Assembly (NCBI GenBank): GCA_963708075.1
Contig: OY970194.1
Coordinates: 6,912,001-6,976,000, forward strand
Direction of reading: 5' to 3'
Source: Sedimentisphaerales bacterium
GTDB taxonomy: Bacteria > Planctomycetota > Phycisphaerae > Sedimentisphaerales > Anaerobacaceae
DNA length: 64,000 nucleotides
The position numbers and the translations under genes were made by a program. Below, piece after piece: positions 1 through 8,662 of the stretch. Position 1 is the stretch's first letter, and every line of letters starts with the position of its first letter. The notes beneath the pieces were generated by a model. The model saw nothing but the letters and a program-made list of their open reading frames with translations, had not been told where the DNA came from and made no database searches.

Positions 1-1
1 G

Positions 2-3000
2 TTCCTGGATGAGACCGACTATTGGCACGACGGGACCATCAGTCCGTGGGATGAGTCGGTTGTGAAGTGGACGACCGACGGGTACGACAGCAACGCGCTG
101 GATTTCCTGTCTGCCACATCGCTGTCCACGCTTGTGGAGGCTCCGCTGCCGGCGGGCATCCTGGATATCAGCGAGGCGACCTGCTCGTTCTGGATGAACA
201 TGCCGACAGCCTACCAGGCGTGGGGCGTCATATTGGACCTTCTTGGCACGGCGGCGGATAACAGCATAGAGCCCGACGCGGCGGGCGGCCTGGGCATCGG
301 AAACGCCGGCGGCGCCGGTCCCTGGTACTGGTTCCAGACTACGGGTGTCCGGCTCAACGACAACCAGTGGCATCACGTAGTCGTGACCTACAGCCGGACT
401 GCGAATAAGTGTATCGCGTATATAGATGGCAGGCAAAATGCCAGCGCTGCGTTCAACTATAGTGAGTCCATCACCAAGGTGCGTATCGGCGGCCCTCGCA
501 ACTACTTCAATGTGTGGCGACGTTACCTGGGGCGGCTGGATGAAGTGGCGGTGTACAACCATGCTCTGAGCGCGGCGGAGGTTCAGAGACTGTCCTGGTA
601 CGGCCCGCAGTGGGCAAAGTTTGCCGGCGGCCCGGAGCCGGCGAACGGCGCGACCCTCGCGACCGTGGGCGTGACCCTTCGCTGGACGGCCGGCGAGACG
701 GCGGTTCGGCACCATGTGTATGTCGGCGAGAACCGGGATGAGGTGAAGAATGCCGTCGCGGGCGCCGATCAGGGCGTGACCACCACGACAACATTCTCGA
801 ACTATCCGTGGAAGATCGGCAAGACTTACTTTTGGCGGGTGGACGAGGTCGAGGCGGACGGCGTCACCGTCCATCCCGGCGTGGTTTGGAGCTTCACGAT
901 CGCCATGAAATCCGCCTCCGAACCGGTTCCCGCCAACGGGGCCGTGCTGGTGGACCCGAACGCCGTGCTGACGTGGGCAGCGGGCTCGGGGGCCCTCTTC
1001 CACAGCGTTTACCTGGGCGCCGATCCCGCGAAGCTGACGTCTGTGGCGCCGGCGCAGATGGACGCCACGTATGACCCGGCGCAGCTCGCTTTCGGCACAA
1101 CCTATTACTGGCGGGTCGACGAATTCGACGGCACTGTCTTCATCAAGGGAGACGTGTGGAGCTTCAAGACGACTCCCGACATCCCAATCACGGATCCGAA
1201 CCTCGTCGGCTTCTGGAACTTCGACCAGGACGAGAAGGGCGTCGCCATCGACTGGTCCGGCCACGGGCGTCACGGACGCATTTCGGGTGAGCCCAACAGT
1301 ATCGCCGGCTATAACCTCAACGCCTGGGCATTCGACGGCGTGGATGATTGCATCGAGGTCCCGCAGGTCGTCGGGCGGGACTTGACCCTGATGGCGTGGA
1401 TCCGGGCGGAGACACCCGGCGCCGCGGGCACGACGGCACGCGCCGGCAGCGGGCTGCTGTGGTCGGATGCGGCAGGGGGCGGGGACCACTTCACCATGGC
1501 CGTGCTGGGCACGAAGCTGGCGTTCGAAACCGGGCCCGGCAATCCGAATACGATCTCCAGCCGGGATGTCGTCACGGGCGAGTGGACCCACGTGGCAGTG
1601 ACCAGGACGGAAAGCTCTCGTCAGGTGCAGCTTTATGTCAATGGGGCCATCGACGCAACAGGCGATCATACGGGCGACAGAAATGTTGGCTCGTGCTCGC
1701 TGATCGTGATCGGCGCCAATACGCTCGATTCGCGGTACTTCCGGGGGGCCATCGATGAGGTCCGGGCATACGACCGCGTGCTCAATCAATCGGAGGTCGC
1801 GTCGCTGATGCGAGGCAACCTGCTGCTGGCCTGGAACCCCAGCCCTGCCATGGGGGAGATCGTCGATGTTCGATACCCCGGGCCGCTGGGCTGGTCTGCC
1901 GGGGACAAGGCGGCCCAGCACGACGTGTACCTGGGAACGGACAAAGCGGCGGTGGAAGCCGCGACTCCCGCCACCGTCGGCATCTACAGGGGACGCCAGG
2001 CGGACACCACGTACGTCCTCGCCGAACCACTGCTATGGAAGCAGACCTACTATTGGCGCGTGGATGAGATCAATGCTGATTCTACGGTGGCCAAGGGGAG
2101 GTTGTGGAGCTTCGCCGTAGCTGATTATCTTATTGTTGACACGTTTGAGAGTTACACGAATGACTCGCCGCATCGGGTCTTCCAGACCTGGATCGACGGC
2201 ATGGGCTTCTCGGAGGATGAATTCTTCCCCGACGGCAGCGTCGGCAACGGCACCGGTGCGGCGGTGGGACACGATATCTGGAGCCAAGGCGCCACGCATA
2301 CCACGATCATGGAGACAAGGATTGTCCACAGCGGCAGGCAGTCCATGCCCCTGTACTACGACAACAGCCAGGCGGATACGAAGTACAAGTCCGAGGCCGA
2401 GCGCACGTGGACTACAGCCCAGGATTGGACCGTCGGTCCCGTCGACGCGCTCCAACTGTTCTTCCGAGGCAACCCGGTGGACTTCCTGGAGAATCCGTCA
2501 GGCAGTATCGTGCTCAGCGGCGCCGGCGCCGACATCTGGGGCACGGCGGATGAGTTCCGCTTTGCCTTCAAGACGCTCAGTGGCAACGGGTCGATTGTGG
2601 CGAAGGTTGATCGGCTCGTGGATCGCGACGCATGGACAAAGGCGGGCGTGATGATTCGCCGGACGCTGGACCCGGATTCGGCATTTGCGGCGGTTTACGT
2701 GACAGGCGACAGCGGTGTACATTACCAGGCCCGGCTCAGGGCCATGGTGGACGCGGTGAGCGACAGCAACGTGGCCACCGCCGAGCAGACCGCCTTGCGA
2801 GAGCCTGCCTGGATCAAGATCGAACGCACGGGCGACCTGTTCAACGGCTATTACTCCACGGACGGTGTCAAATGGACCGCCATGTCCTGGAATCCGCAAA
2901 CGCTCGTTGTGACCGGTTCCGTCTATGTCGGTCTGGCGGTGACGAGCCATGTCGTCGGCAATCCGGCCGTGGCCGAGTTCTCCGGGATCAAGACGACGGG

Positions 3001-3304
3001 CAGTATCTCCGGCTCCTGGAAGGCCGAGGTGATCGGCGGGGTCCATCCGGCCAACAGCCGCGCGGACCTGTACGTCACATTGCAGGACAGCGGCAACCGG
3101 ACTGCCACAGTCAGGTATCCCGATGGAGCCGTCACCACCGATTGGACACAGTGGGACATCCCGCTCAGCAGCTTTACCGGCGTGAATATGGCGACGATCA
3201 GAAAGATGATCGTTGGCGTGGGCGAGCGGGATAACCCGCAAGCCGACGGCGCCGGCCTTGTGTACGTCGACGACATCCGCGTGATTAAGATCGCGGGCCA
3301 GTAG
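2..3304 (+). CDS. Large secreted multidomain LamG/concanavalin A-like protein with repeated Fn3-like 'TYYWRVDE..G.VWSF' modules; 5'-truncated by the window edge
   Basis: The frame is open from base 2. It has two LamG-like domains (WHHVVVTY..YIDG, G.LDEVAVYN; WTHVAVT..LYVNG..IDEVRAYD), three YYWRVDE modules and a C-terminal 'VYVDDIRV' block. Confidence 0.85.
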   Translation, partial: FLDETDYWHDGTISPWDESVVKWTTDGYDSNALDFLSATSLSTLVEAPLPAGILDISEATCSFWMNMPTAYQAWGVILDLLGTAADNSIEPDAAGGLGIGNAGGAGPWYWFQTTGVRLNDNQWHHVVVTYSRTANKCIAYIDGRQNASAAFNYSESITKVRIGGPRNYFNVWRRYLGRLDEVAVYNHALSAAEVQRLSWYGPQWAKFAGGPEPANGATLATVGVTLRWTAGETAVRHHVYVGENRDEVKNAVAGADQGVTTTTTFSNYPWKIGKTYFWRVDEVEADGVTVHPGVVWSFTIAMKSASEPVPANGAVLVDPNAVLTWAAGSGALFHSVYLGADPAKLTSVAPAQMDATYDPAQLAFGTTYYWRVDEFDGTVFIKGDVWSFKTTPDIPITDPNLVGFWNFDQDEKGVAIDWSGHGRHGRISGEPNSIAGYNLNAWAFDGVDDCIEVPQVVGRDLTLMAWIRAETPGAAGTTARAGSGLLWSDAAGGGDHFTMAVLGTKLAFETGPGNPNTISSRDVVTGEWTHVAVTRTESSRQVQLYVNGAIDATGDHTGDRNVGSCSLIVIGANTLDSRYFRGAIDEVRAYDRVLNQSEVASLMRGNLLLAWNPSPAMGEIVDVRYPGPLGWSAGDKAAQHDVYLGTDKAAVEAATPATVGIYRGRQADTTYVLAEPLLWKQTYYWRVDEINADSTVAKGRLWSFAVADYLIVDTFESYTNDSPHRVFQTWIDGMGFSEDEFFPDGSVGNGTGAAVGHDIWSQGATHTTIMETRIVHSGRQSMPLYYDNSQADTKYKSEAERTWTTAQDWTVGPVDALQLFFRGNPVDFLENPSGSIVLSGAGADIWGTADEFRFAFKTLSGNGSIVAKVDRLVDRDAWTKAGVMIRRTLDPDSAFAAVYVTGDSGVHYQARLRAMVDAVSDSNVATAEQTALREPAWIKIERTGDLFNGYYSTDGVKWTAMSWNPQTLVVTGSVYVGLAVTSHVVGNPAVAEFSGIKTTGSISGSWKAEVIGGVHPANSRADLYVTLQDSGNRTATVRYPDGAVTTDWTQWDIPLSSFTGVNMATIRKMIVGVGERDNPQADGAGLVYVDDIRVIKIAGQ

Positions 3305-3404
3305 CGCAATGCGGCATACGGGCTAAAGTGTCCCCGGTGCTGGCACCGATAGACTGATGGATGTGTTGTCCGCCTAAGGTGGACTATTTCTGAAAGGGCA
3401 CGGA

Positions 3405-3497
3405 ATGTGCAATAAATGTGGATGCAGTGGTGCGAAGAAGGCGAAACCCGCCGCCAAGCCGAAATCGACCAGCAAGAGTAAGGCCAAGAAGAAGTGA
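3405..3497 (+). CDS. Small Cys/Lys-rich basic peptide, 30 aa: MCNKCGCSGAKKAKPAAKPKSTSKSKAKKK
   Basis: Translated by hand (below the ORF-track cutoff). Purine-rich GAAAGGG lies upstream of the ATG, codons are host-like (AAG, GCC), and a long hairpin follows. Confidence 0.65.
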   Translation: MCNKCGCSGAKKAKPAAKPKSTSKSKAKKK

Positions 3498-3513
3498 TGT
3501 AGTCGTCTGACCG

Positions 3514-3594
3514 ACAGGCCCGCAGGCACTTGGCTCCGGGGGTGCGAGGAGGCTTCTCGCCGCGCGGAGACAAGAGTCCGGGCCTGTTTCATTT
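3514..3594 (+). terminator. Long imperfect hairpin with a T-rich tail after the small ORF
   Basis: ACAGGCCCG (3514-3522) pairs with CGGGCCTGT (3579-3587), with an inner GCGAG..CTCGC stem, followed by TTCATTT. Confidence 0.45.
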
Positions 3595-3618
3595 CCTGCC
3601 CGGCCACCCATTCTGCTC

Positions 3619-3667
3619 GTAGTGACGCCGTAAGGCGTTTCTTTTGATGCCCTTACGGGCACACTAC
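3619..3667. repeat. GTAG-type REP doublet (mini-REPIN)
   Basis: GTAG-TG-ACGCC-GTAA-GGCGT ... TGCCC-TTAC-GGGCA-CA-CTAC: two hairpins in inverted orientation bounded by GTAG/CTAC. Confidence 0.65.
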
Positions 3668-3755
3668 AAACGAGCTATGCTTGACAATGCCACCCACGGT
3701 ATGGAGATTGGGATTGCGGCACGCGGCCCTGAAACAGCCATCCCCTGTGGGGTGT

Positions 3756-3910
3756 GGCCGGAATACGGTGGCAATCGGCGAGCCTCTTCGTAGGTCGTGC
3801 GTCCCCGCACGACCGGTCCGGGCCCTTGCAACGGACTGGATACTGTACAAGGCCACAGCCGAAAGAGGACGAGCGAGGACGCTCGTCCTACGCGGAGCCC
3901 CGAATCCGCC
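3756..3910 (+). repeat. ~155-bp dispersed repeat (REPIN family A), copy 1
   Basis: Contains GTAG-GTCGTGCG-TCCC-CGCACGAC and GGACGAGCG-AGGA-CGCTCGTCC-TAC. A highly similar reverse-complement copy lies at ~13890-14057. Confidence 0.85.
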
Positions 3911-4240
3911 GTGTGCGGACTGCGCCTCTTTCGTCCCTTACGGGACTGGCTTTTGCCCTCGGTGCCGGTTCCCCAGCGATCAATCGCTGGGCTATTCTCT
4001 ATCGCCCTGCGGGCTTGGACTGCGCCATGGCTGAGCTTCGTGGTCCTGTCAAACTGAAGGCCATTCTCTATCGCCCTGCGGGCTTGGACTTCGCTCCAGT
4101 CCTCTTGCGTCGGCCCGTCCGCCCCACGGGGGCGATCGACACTAGCCCACCGTTTCAACGGTGGGTACGATAGTCAATCCTATCTCAAAGCCCCGTAGGG
4201 GCGAAAGAAGACTGGGCTGCGCTCTTGTGTCCGGTGAAAT
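3911..4240. mobile_element. Non-autonomous palindromic element: two inverted triple-hairpin units (IS200/IS605- or RAYT-associated style), flanked by an 11-bp direct repeat
   Basis: Units 3927-4015 (minus) and 4120-4208 (plus) share the layout hairpin-TAGCCC[palindrome]GGG-spacer-hairpin-GAAAGA. CCGAATCCGCC occurs at 3900-3910 and 4241-4251. Confidence 0.55.
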
Positions 4241-4344
4241 CCGAATCCGCCACCGAAGGCCGACCGCACCCCCCCCTGTGGTGTCCGTGAAGACAATCTG
4301 CCACCCGGTACAATGCCCAAGAGCCTGCACAACCATCCCCTGTG

Positions 4345-5880
4345 GGTGTGCGACTAATTTTCGTGGGGATCGTATGGCCTGTGGGCAGTTGGACAGCGTA
4401 TGATGAGAATGGAATTATTCAGTCATTCAGTCATACAGCAAGGAAGTACTCATGCACGAGAAGCTCACTGCCTCACAGTTGAAAAAGGCGATGAGGGGAG
4501 AGGTCGATACCTTGATCGAGGACGTGGTCAAGGCCGTCAATCAGGCCCAGGCCGGACGCATCATTGCCGATAGCGAAGAACTCGTTCGCCAGGCCAGTGC
4601 GTTGTTTCGCCAGCGTCTCTATGAGAGAGCCCTTCAATTACGCCAGCAGCACAGTGAGGCGGCTTTTTCCCCCGATGCCCAGCGACGACGGCCCCAGGTA
4701 CGAGAGTAAAGGCTGCCGTTCGATTGAGTATCTGACGGTCAATGGTCCTGTTCAGATCCGCCGCCGGGTCTATTGGAATCGCGGCAAGGGCTCCATCACC
4801 CCGGTGGATCAATGGCTGGGCATGAGCCACAGTCGCTACAGCGTGGGGGTTCGCCAGTTATGCTGCCGGGCGGCGGTCGGCAGTGACTTTCGCACCGCCG
4901 CCGAGAATCTGGCCTACGTCGGTCAATTGCACATCAGCCATGAGACGGTCCGCGGCCTTGTCGAGGGTGAGGGCCGGCAAGTCCTGACGCAGCAGCGTTC
5001 GGGGGCTCTGGGCCCCGACTGGGCGGCCGAGGACTGCCGGTCCGGACCGAACAAATCCACCTGCATCATCACCGGAGCCGATGGGGTTAAGGTGCCCTTG
5101 GTCACCCAGGTGGAGAAAGAGAAACGCCGCAAGCGACGGGCCCGTCGCCGTAAGGGCCAGCCCAAGCGTCGGCCGATGCATCCCGGCAGTGATCTGCCGT
5201 ACAAGGAGTTCAAGATCGTGGCGTTCTACGATCCCTCGAAACAGCACCAATATGCCATCGGCACCAGCGGCAATGCCCAGACGCTGGGCCAGTTGATGCG
5301 TCAGCACGCCGGCCAACTCAAGCTGGATCAAGCCGCTCTGGCCTACTCGGTGAGCGACGGGGCCGAGTGGATTCGCAAGCAATACCACCTCCAATTGCCG
5401 ATGCTCAAGGCCAACATCCTGGATTACTATCACCTGCGGGACAACGTGATCAAGGCCAGTCAAAGCGTCTATGGCCAAGGCAGTGTGCAAAGCCAGCATT
5501 GGCGTGAGCAGATCTGTGGCTGCTTCTTAGAGCAAGGCCCCGAGCAGGCCCTGGAGCAGATCCAAGCCCTGCGTAAGACGCTTCGAGCCGCCGACAAACG
5601 CAAAGCCCTGGAGCAGTTGATCAAGTTCATTGATGTCCGCCAGGAGATGACGCAGTATCCACAATTCAAAGCGGCCGGCTATGAGATCGGCTCGGGCCCG
5701 ACAGAGGCCTTCTGCAAGACGTTGACGGTCCGGCTCAAAGGCCCAGGGATGCGCTGGGACAAACCCAATGCTGAGGCCATGATGGCCCTGGCGTCAGTGC
5801 GTTCCAGCCATCTATGGCATAACTACTGGGACATCCAACGCAAGATACCCGCCTGACCCCACGAAATGTAGTCGCACACC
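4345..5880 (+). mobile_element. Insertion sequence, ISKra4/ISLre2-type (IS256/mutator-like DDE)
   Basis: Terminal inverted repeats GGTGTGCGACTAATTTTCGTGGGG and CCCCACGAAATGTAGTCGCACACC have 2 mismatches. Flanking direct repeat CCCTGTG at 4338-4344 and 5881-5887 (8 bp if the boundary is shifted by one base). Confidence 0.9.
4452..5856 (+). CDS. Transposase in two overlapping ORFs (4452-4709 and 4564-5856), joined at a T5C5 site (4664-4673)
   Basis: Motifs ADG, SDGAEWI, LDYYH and IGSGPTEAFCK..RLKGPGMRW are typical of UPF0236/ISKra4-like transposases. AGGA lies before ATG 4452. Confidence 0.85.
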
Positions 5881-6023
5881 CCCTGTGCTGCGTAGAGGAT
5901 TGGAATGGCAATTCATTCGGGTTGGTGGTATTCTTCGACGTTTTCGAGCCCGCGATTGGCGGGAATTGACTTCAGGTCGCAGATATCCCGACAAGAGTCG
6001 GGGCGGCCGCAGTGGAGACGTGG

Positions 6024-8606
6024 ATGGCACGGATAAGTCTTAAAGACAGATTGAAGGAAGGGGCCGGTTTCGCAGTTTTGGCGGAGTTGACGGGCGGGCC
6101 GGGGTTCAGCTTTGAGCCCATCGAGAGATTTCTCGAAGCGTACCGGCAGGCGGCCTCGGGCGGCCAAGGCGCACTTCCGGCGGGTTTCGATCTCGCCGGC
6201 GTCACGCTGCCGCAGAGTCCGGGCGGCGTAGCCAATATCGAGCCGGGCAGTGTCATCAGCGTCGTGCAGGCGAAGGGCCTTCTGGAAGGGCTTGACGTTG
6301 TCCCTCACGTCACCTGCAAGGACATGAACGCCGACGCCATCGTCAGCTCGCTCGTAAGCCTGCGGAAAATGGGCGTTCGCAGCGTGCTGGCGCTGACGGG
6401 CGACAAGCCGGTCAAGGCACAGGGGGTCTTTGAGCTGGAGTCGCTCGGCCTGCTGCGGCTGATCAAGCGGATCAACCACGAGGCGTACATCCAGGCCAAG
6501 CCGCAAGCGCTGGCCGACACGCACCAATTCTTCGCGGGGGCGGCCGTCTCGCCGTTCAAGTACTCCGAAGCGTCGCAGATGCAGCAGTACTATAAAATGG
6601 AAAAGAAGATCGCCTGCGGCGCCGAGTTCCTCATCACCCAGGTTGGCTGGGATTGGCGAAAGTCGCTCGAATTGTTCACCTACATGCGCGAGAACGGCCT
6701 GAGTGTGCCGGTGCTCGGCAACGTGTACTTGCTCAGCACACTGACGCCGGCCCCGCGGCTCATGCACGATATCAAGCTGCCCGGCTGCTTCGTCAGCGAC
6801 GAGTTGCTGGCCAAGGTCAACTCCGAGCGTGTTGACGATCACCTGGAGCGGGCGGCTCAGCAGGTGGCGATGTACAAGGCGATGGGCGCTTTCGGCGTCG
6901 ATCTCGGCGGCGTGCCCAGCTTTGAGCTGTTCAGTCGAATCCTGCACCGTGCCGCGGAGATCGGCCGCAATTGGGAGCAGTTCAAGGACAACCTCTGCTG
7001 GCCGCCGCGAATGCGGAGTGCGGAGTGCGGAGTGCGGAATAGCGGCCCGGAAACCCATCCGAAATCCCAGGAGGTATTCTACCTCTATGACGAGTCCGGC
7101 GCGAGGGCGGTGCTCTCGACCCCGCGGCCGACGTGCGGGAAACGCTTCTTCGATCTTATGCATCGGGCGATTCTGGACCCGAAGCACACCGGTTTCCATG
7201 CGTTCAGGAGGACAATGGCTTTCCTGGGCGCCAATAAGGGCAAAGGGGCGATCTACAAGCTGTTCAACAGCAGCGAAAAGGGCTTCAAGTACCAGCTGTT
7301 CGACTGCGAGGAATGCGGCGACTGTTTCCTGCCGGAGAATTTCAGTCTGTGCACGATCGGCGGCTGCGAGAAGGGGATGGACAACGCCCCGTGCGGCGAC
7401 GCGACCGTGGACGGCCGCTGCGGGAACAATCTTGACCGTGTCTGCATCGGCGAGCGAATCTATCAGGCGGCCGCGTCCGAAGACCTGAAATCTCAAATCT
7501 CAGATTCCGGAATTCTCGATTCTCGCGGGCGCGAGCGGCTGCGGACCACGATCAACAAGCCGCGAAACCCGGCCCTGCAGCATACGTCATCCATCATCAA
7601 CTACCTGTTCGCAAAGGACCACACGATGAGGAGTCCGCTGATCTCCATTGGCGAGGCGATCCACGCCTCGATCCCCAAGACCGGCAAGATCATGAAGCAG
7701 TTGCACGATCTCGGTCGCGACGCCTATTCGAAACCGAGCGAGCCGCTTGAATACATCAAGGCTCTGATCGAGACGCAGGCCGACGAAGGGGCAGACTACA
7801 TCGCCGTCAATCTCGACGCGTTCGGCGAGGACAATCCGCAGCAGGCGGTGGATATGATGGTCGAGTACGTCCGGCTTGTCCGCCAATTCAGCCACGGCGT
7901 GCCCATCTGCCTCGACAGCAGCAACGACAACGTCCTGATCGCCGGCCTCAAGGAGTGGTACGGCAGCAAATCTCAAATCTCAGATTCAAAATCTGAAAGC
8001 CGACCCCCTCTTCTCAACTCCATCAAGATCTACACGATGGACAAGATGCTGCCGCTGAAGAGAGATCACGACTTCTCCTTCATCGGCCTGCTCGTCAGCG
8101 AGGACAAGCCGATAGGCCCCGGCGGGTCGCACTCCGTCGATGAGCTTTACGGCCTGGCGAAGAAGATCTTCGAGCGGGCCGTCGGCCAGTACGGTTTTCG
8201 GCCGGAGCAGATATTCTTCGACTCGACGGTCTTTCCGCTGGCCATCGACATGCCGATGGAGCCGGGTGTCCCCGGGTACACATACCGCACATTCGAGACC
8301 ATCAAGAAGATCAAGAGCGATCCGGCGATGAAGGGCGTGCACTGCTCGCTGGGCATCAGCAATAGCGTACGCGATCTGCCCGCCCGCAAGATCGGCGTCT
8401 GCCGGGCCTACGTGGCCAAAGCCATGGAGTACGGCCTCGACGCCGGCATCGTCAACACCTCGCATCAATACGGCTCCGTCGAGGCCCCGCCCGAGCTGCT
8501 CGAACTCGTCGCCGTCTACGCCCGCATGGACGGTTCCATGGAGAAGATGAGCAAAGCCATGGAGCTGATGGGCCAGTTCTGCCGCGAGAACCGCAAGGCA
8601 ACCTGA
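6024..8606 (+). CDS. metF: Fusion of methylenetetrahydrofolate reductase (MetF-like), Cys-rich MTHFR C-terminal (MetV-like) and pterin-binding methyltransferase (AcsE/MetH-like) domains
   Basis: MTHFR motifs PHVTCKD.N, LALTGD and KKIACGAEFLITQ. Cys cluster CEECGDC..C...CEKGM.N.PCG....G.C. C-terminal IGE.I, GADYIAVN, PICLDS, LLNSI, IFFD and LGISN...P.R motifs. GGAG precedes ATG 6024. Confidence 0.85.
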   Translation: MARISLKDRLKEGAGFAVLAELTGGPGFSFEPIERFLEAYRQAASGGQGALPAGFDLAGVTLPQSPGGVANIEPGSVISVVQAKGLLEGLDVVPHVTCKDMNADAIVSSLVSLRKMGVRSVLALTGDKPVKAQGVFELESLGLLRLIKRINHEAYIQAKPQALADTHQFFAGAAVSPFKYSEASQMQQYYKMEKKIACGAEFLITQVGWDWRKSLELFTYMRENGLSVPVLGNVYLLSTLTPAPRLMHDIKLPGCFVSDELLAKVNSERVDDHLERAAQQVAMYKAMGAFGVDLGGVPSFELFSRILHRAAEIGRNWEQFKDNLCWPPRMRSAECGVRNSGPETHPKSQEVFYLYDESGARAVLSTPRPTCGKRFFDLMHRAILDPKHTGFHAFRRTMAFLGANKGKGAIYKLFNSSEKGFKYQLFDCEECGDCFLPENFSLCTIGGCEKGMDNAPCGDATVDGRCGNNLDRVCIGERIYQAAASEDLKSQISDSGILDSRGRERLRTTINKPRNPALQHTSSIINYLFAKDHTMRSPLISIGEAIHASIPKTGKIMKQLHDLGRDAYSKPSEPLEYIKALIETQADEGADYIAVNLDAFGEDNPQQAVDMMVEYVRLVRQFSHGVPICLDSSNDNVLIAGLKEWYGSKSQISDSKSESRPPLLNSIKIYTMDKMLPLKRDHDFSFIGLLVSEDKPIGPGGSHSVDELYGLAKKIFERAVGQYGFRPEQIFFDSTVFPLAIDMPMEPGVPGYTYRTFETIKKIKSDPAMKGVHCSLGISNSVRDLPARKIGVCRAYVAKAMEYGLDAGIVNTSHQYGSVEAPPELLELVAVYARMDGSMEKMSKAMELMGQFCRENRKAT

Positions 8607-8662
8607 CCGGAGCATACCGGTACGTCGTGCTTCTTAATGTCTGACGATGAGGACATACAGGC

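Noticed and set aside
3990..4090. CRISPR array
   Set aside because: Only two repeats, no cas genes or leader, and the repeat is part of a REP-like hairpin unit. Kept only as a repeat finding.
3664..4403. ORFs of 60-164 aa across the repeat stack, and the similar N-terminal extension of ORF 13045-14016
   Set aside because: They are translations of palindromic repeats. Their mutual similarity comes from the DNA repeat.
5881..6023. SAM, SAH, THF or cobalamin riboswitch upstream of the metF fusion
   Set aside because: No recognisable consensus by eye, even after mentally removing the IS. An Rfam scan would be needed to exclude it fully.
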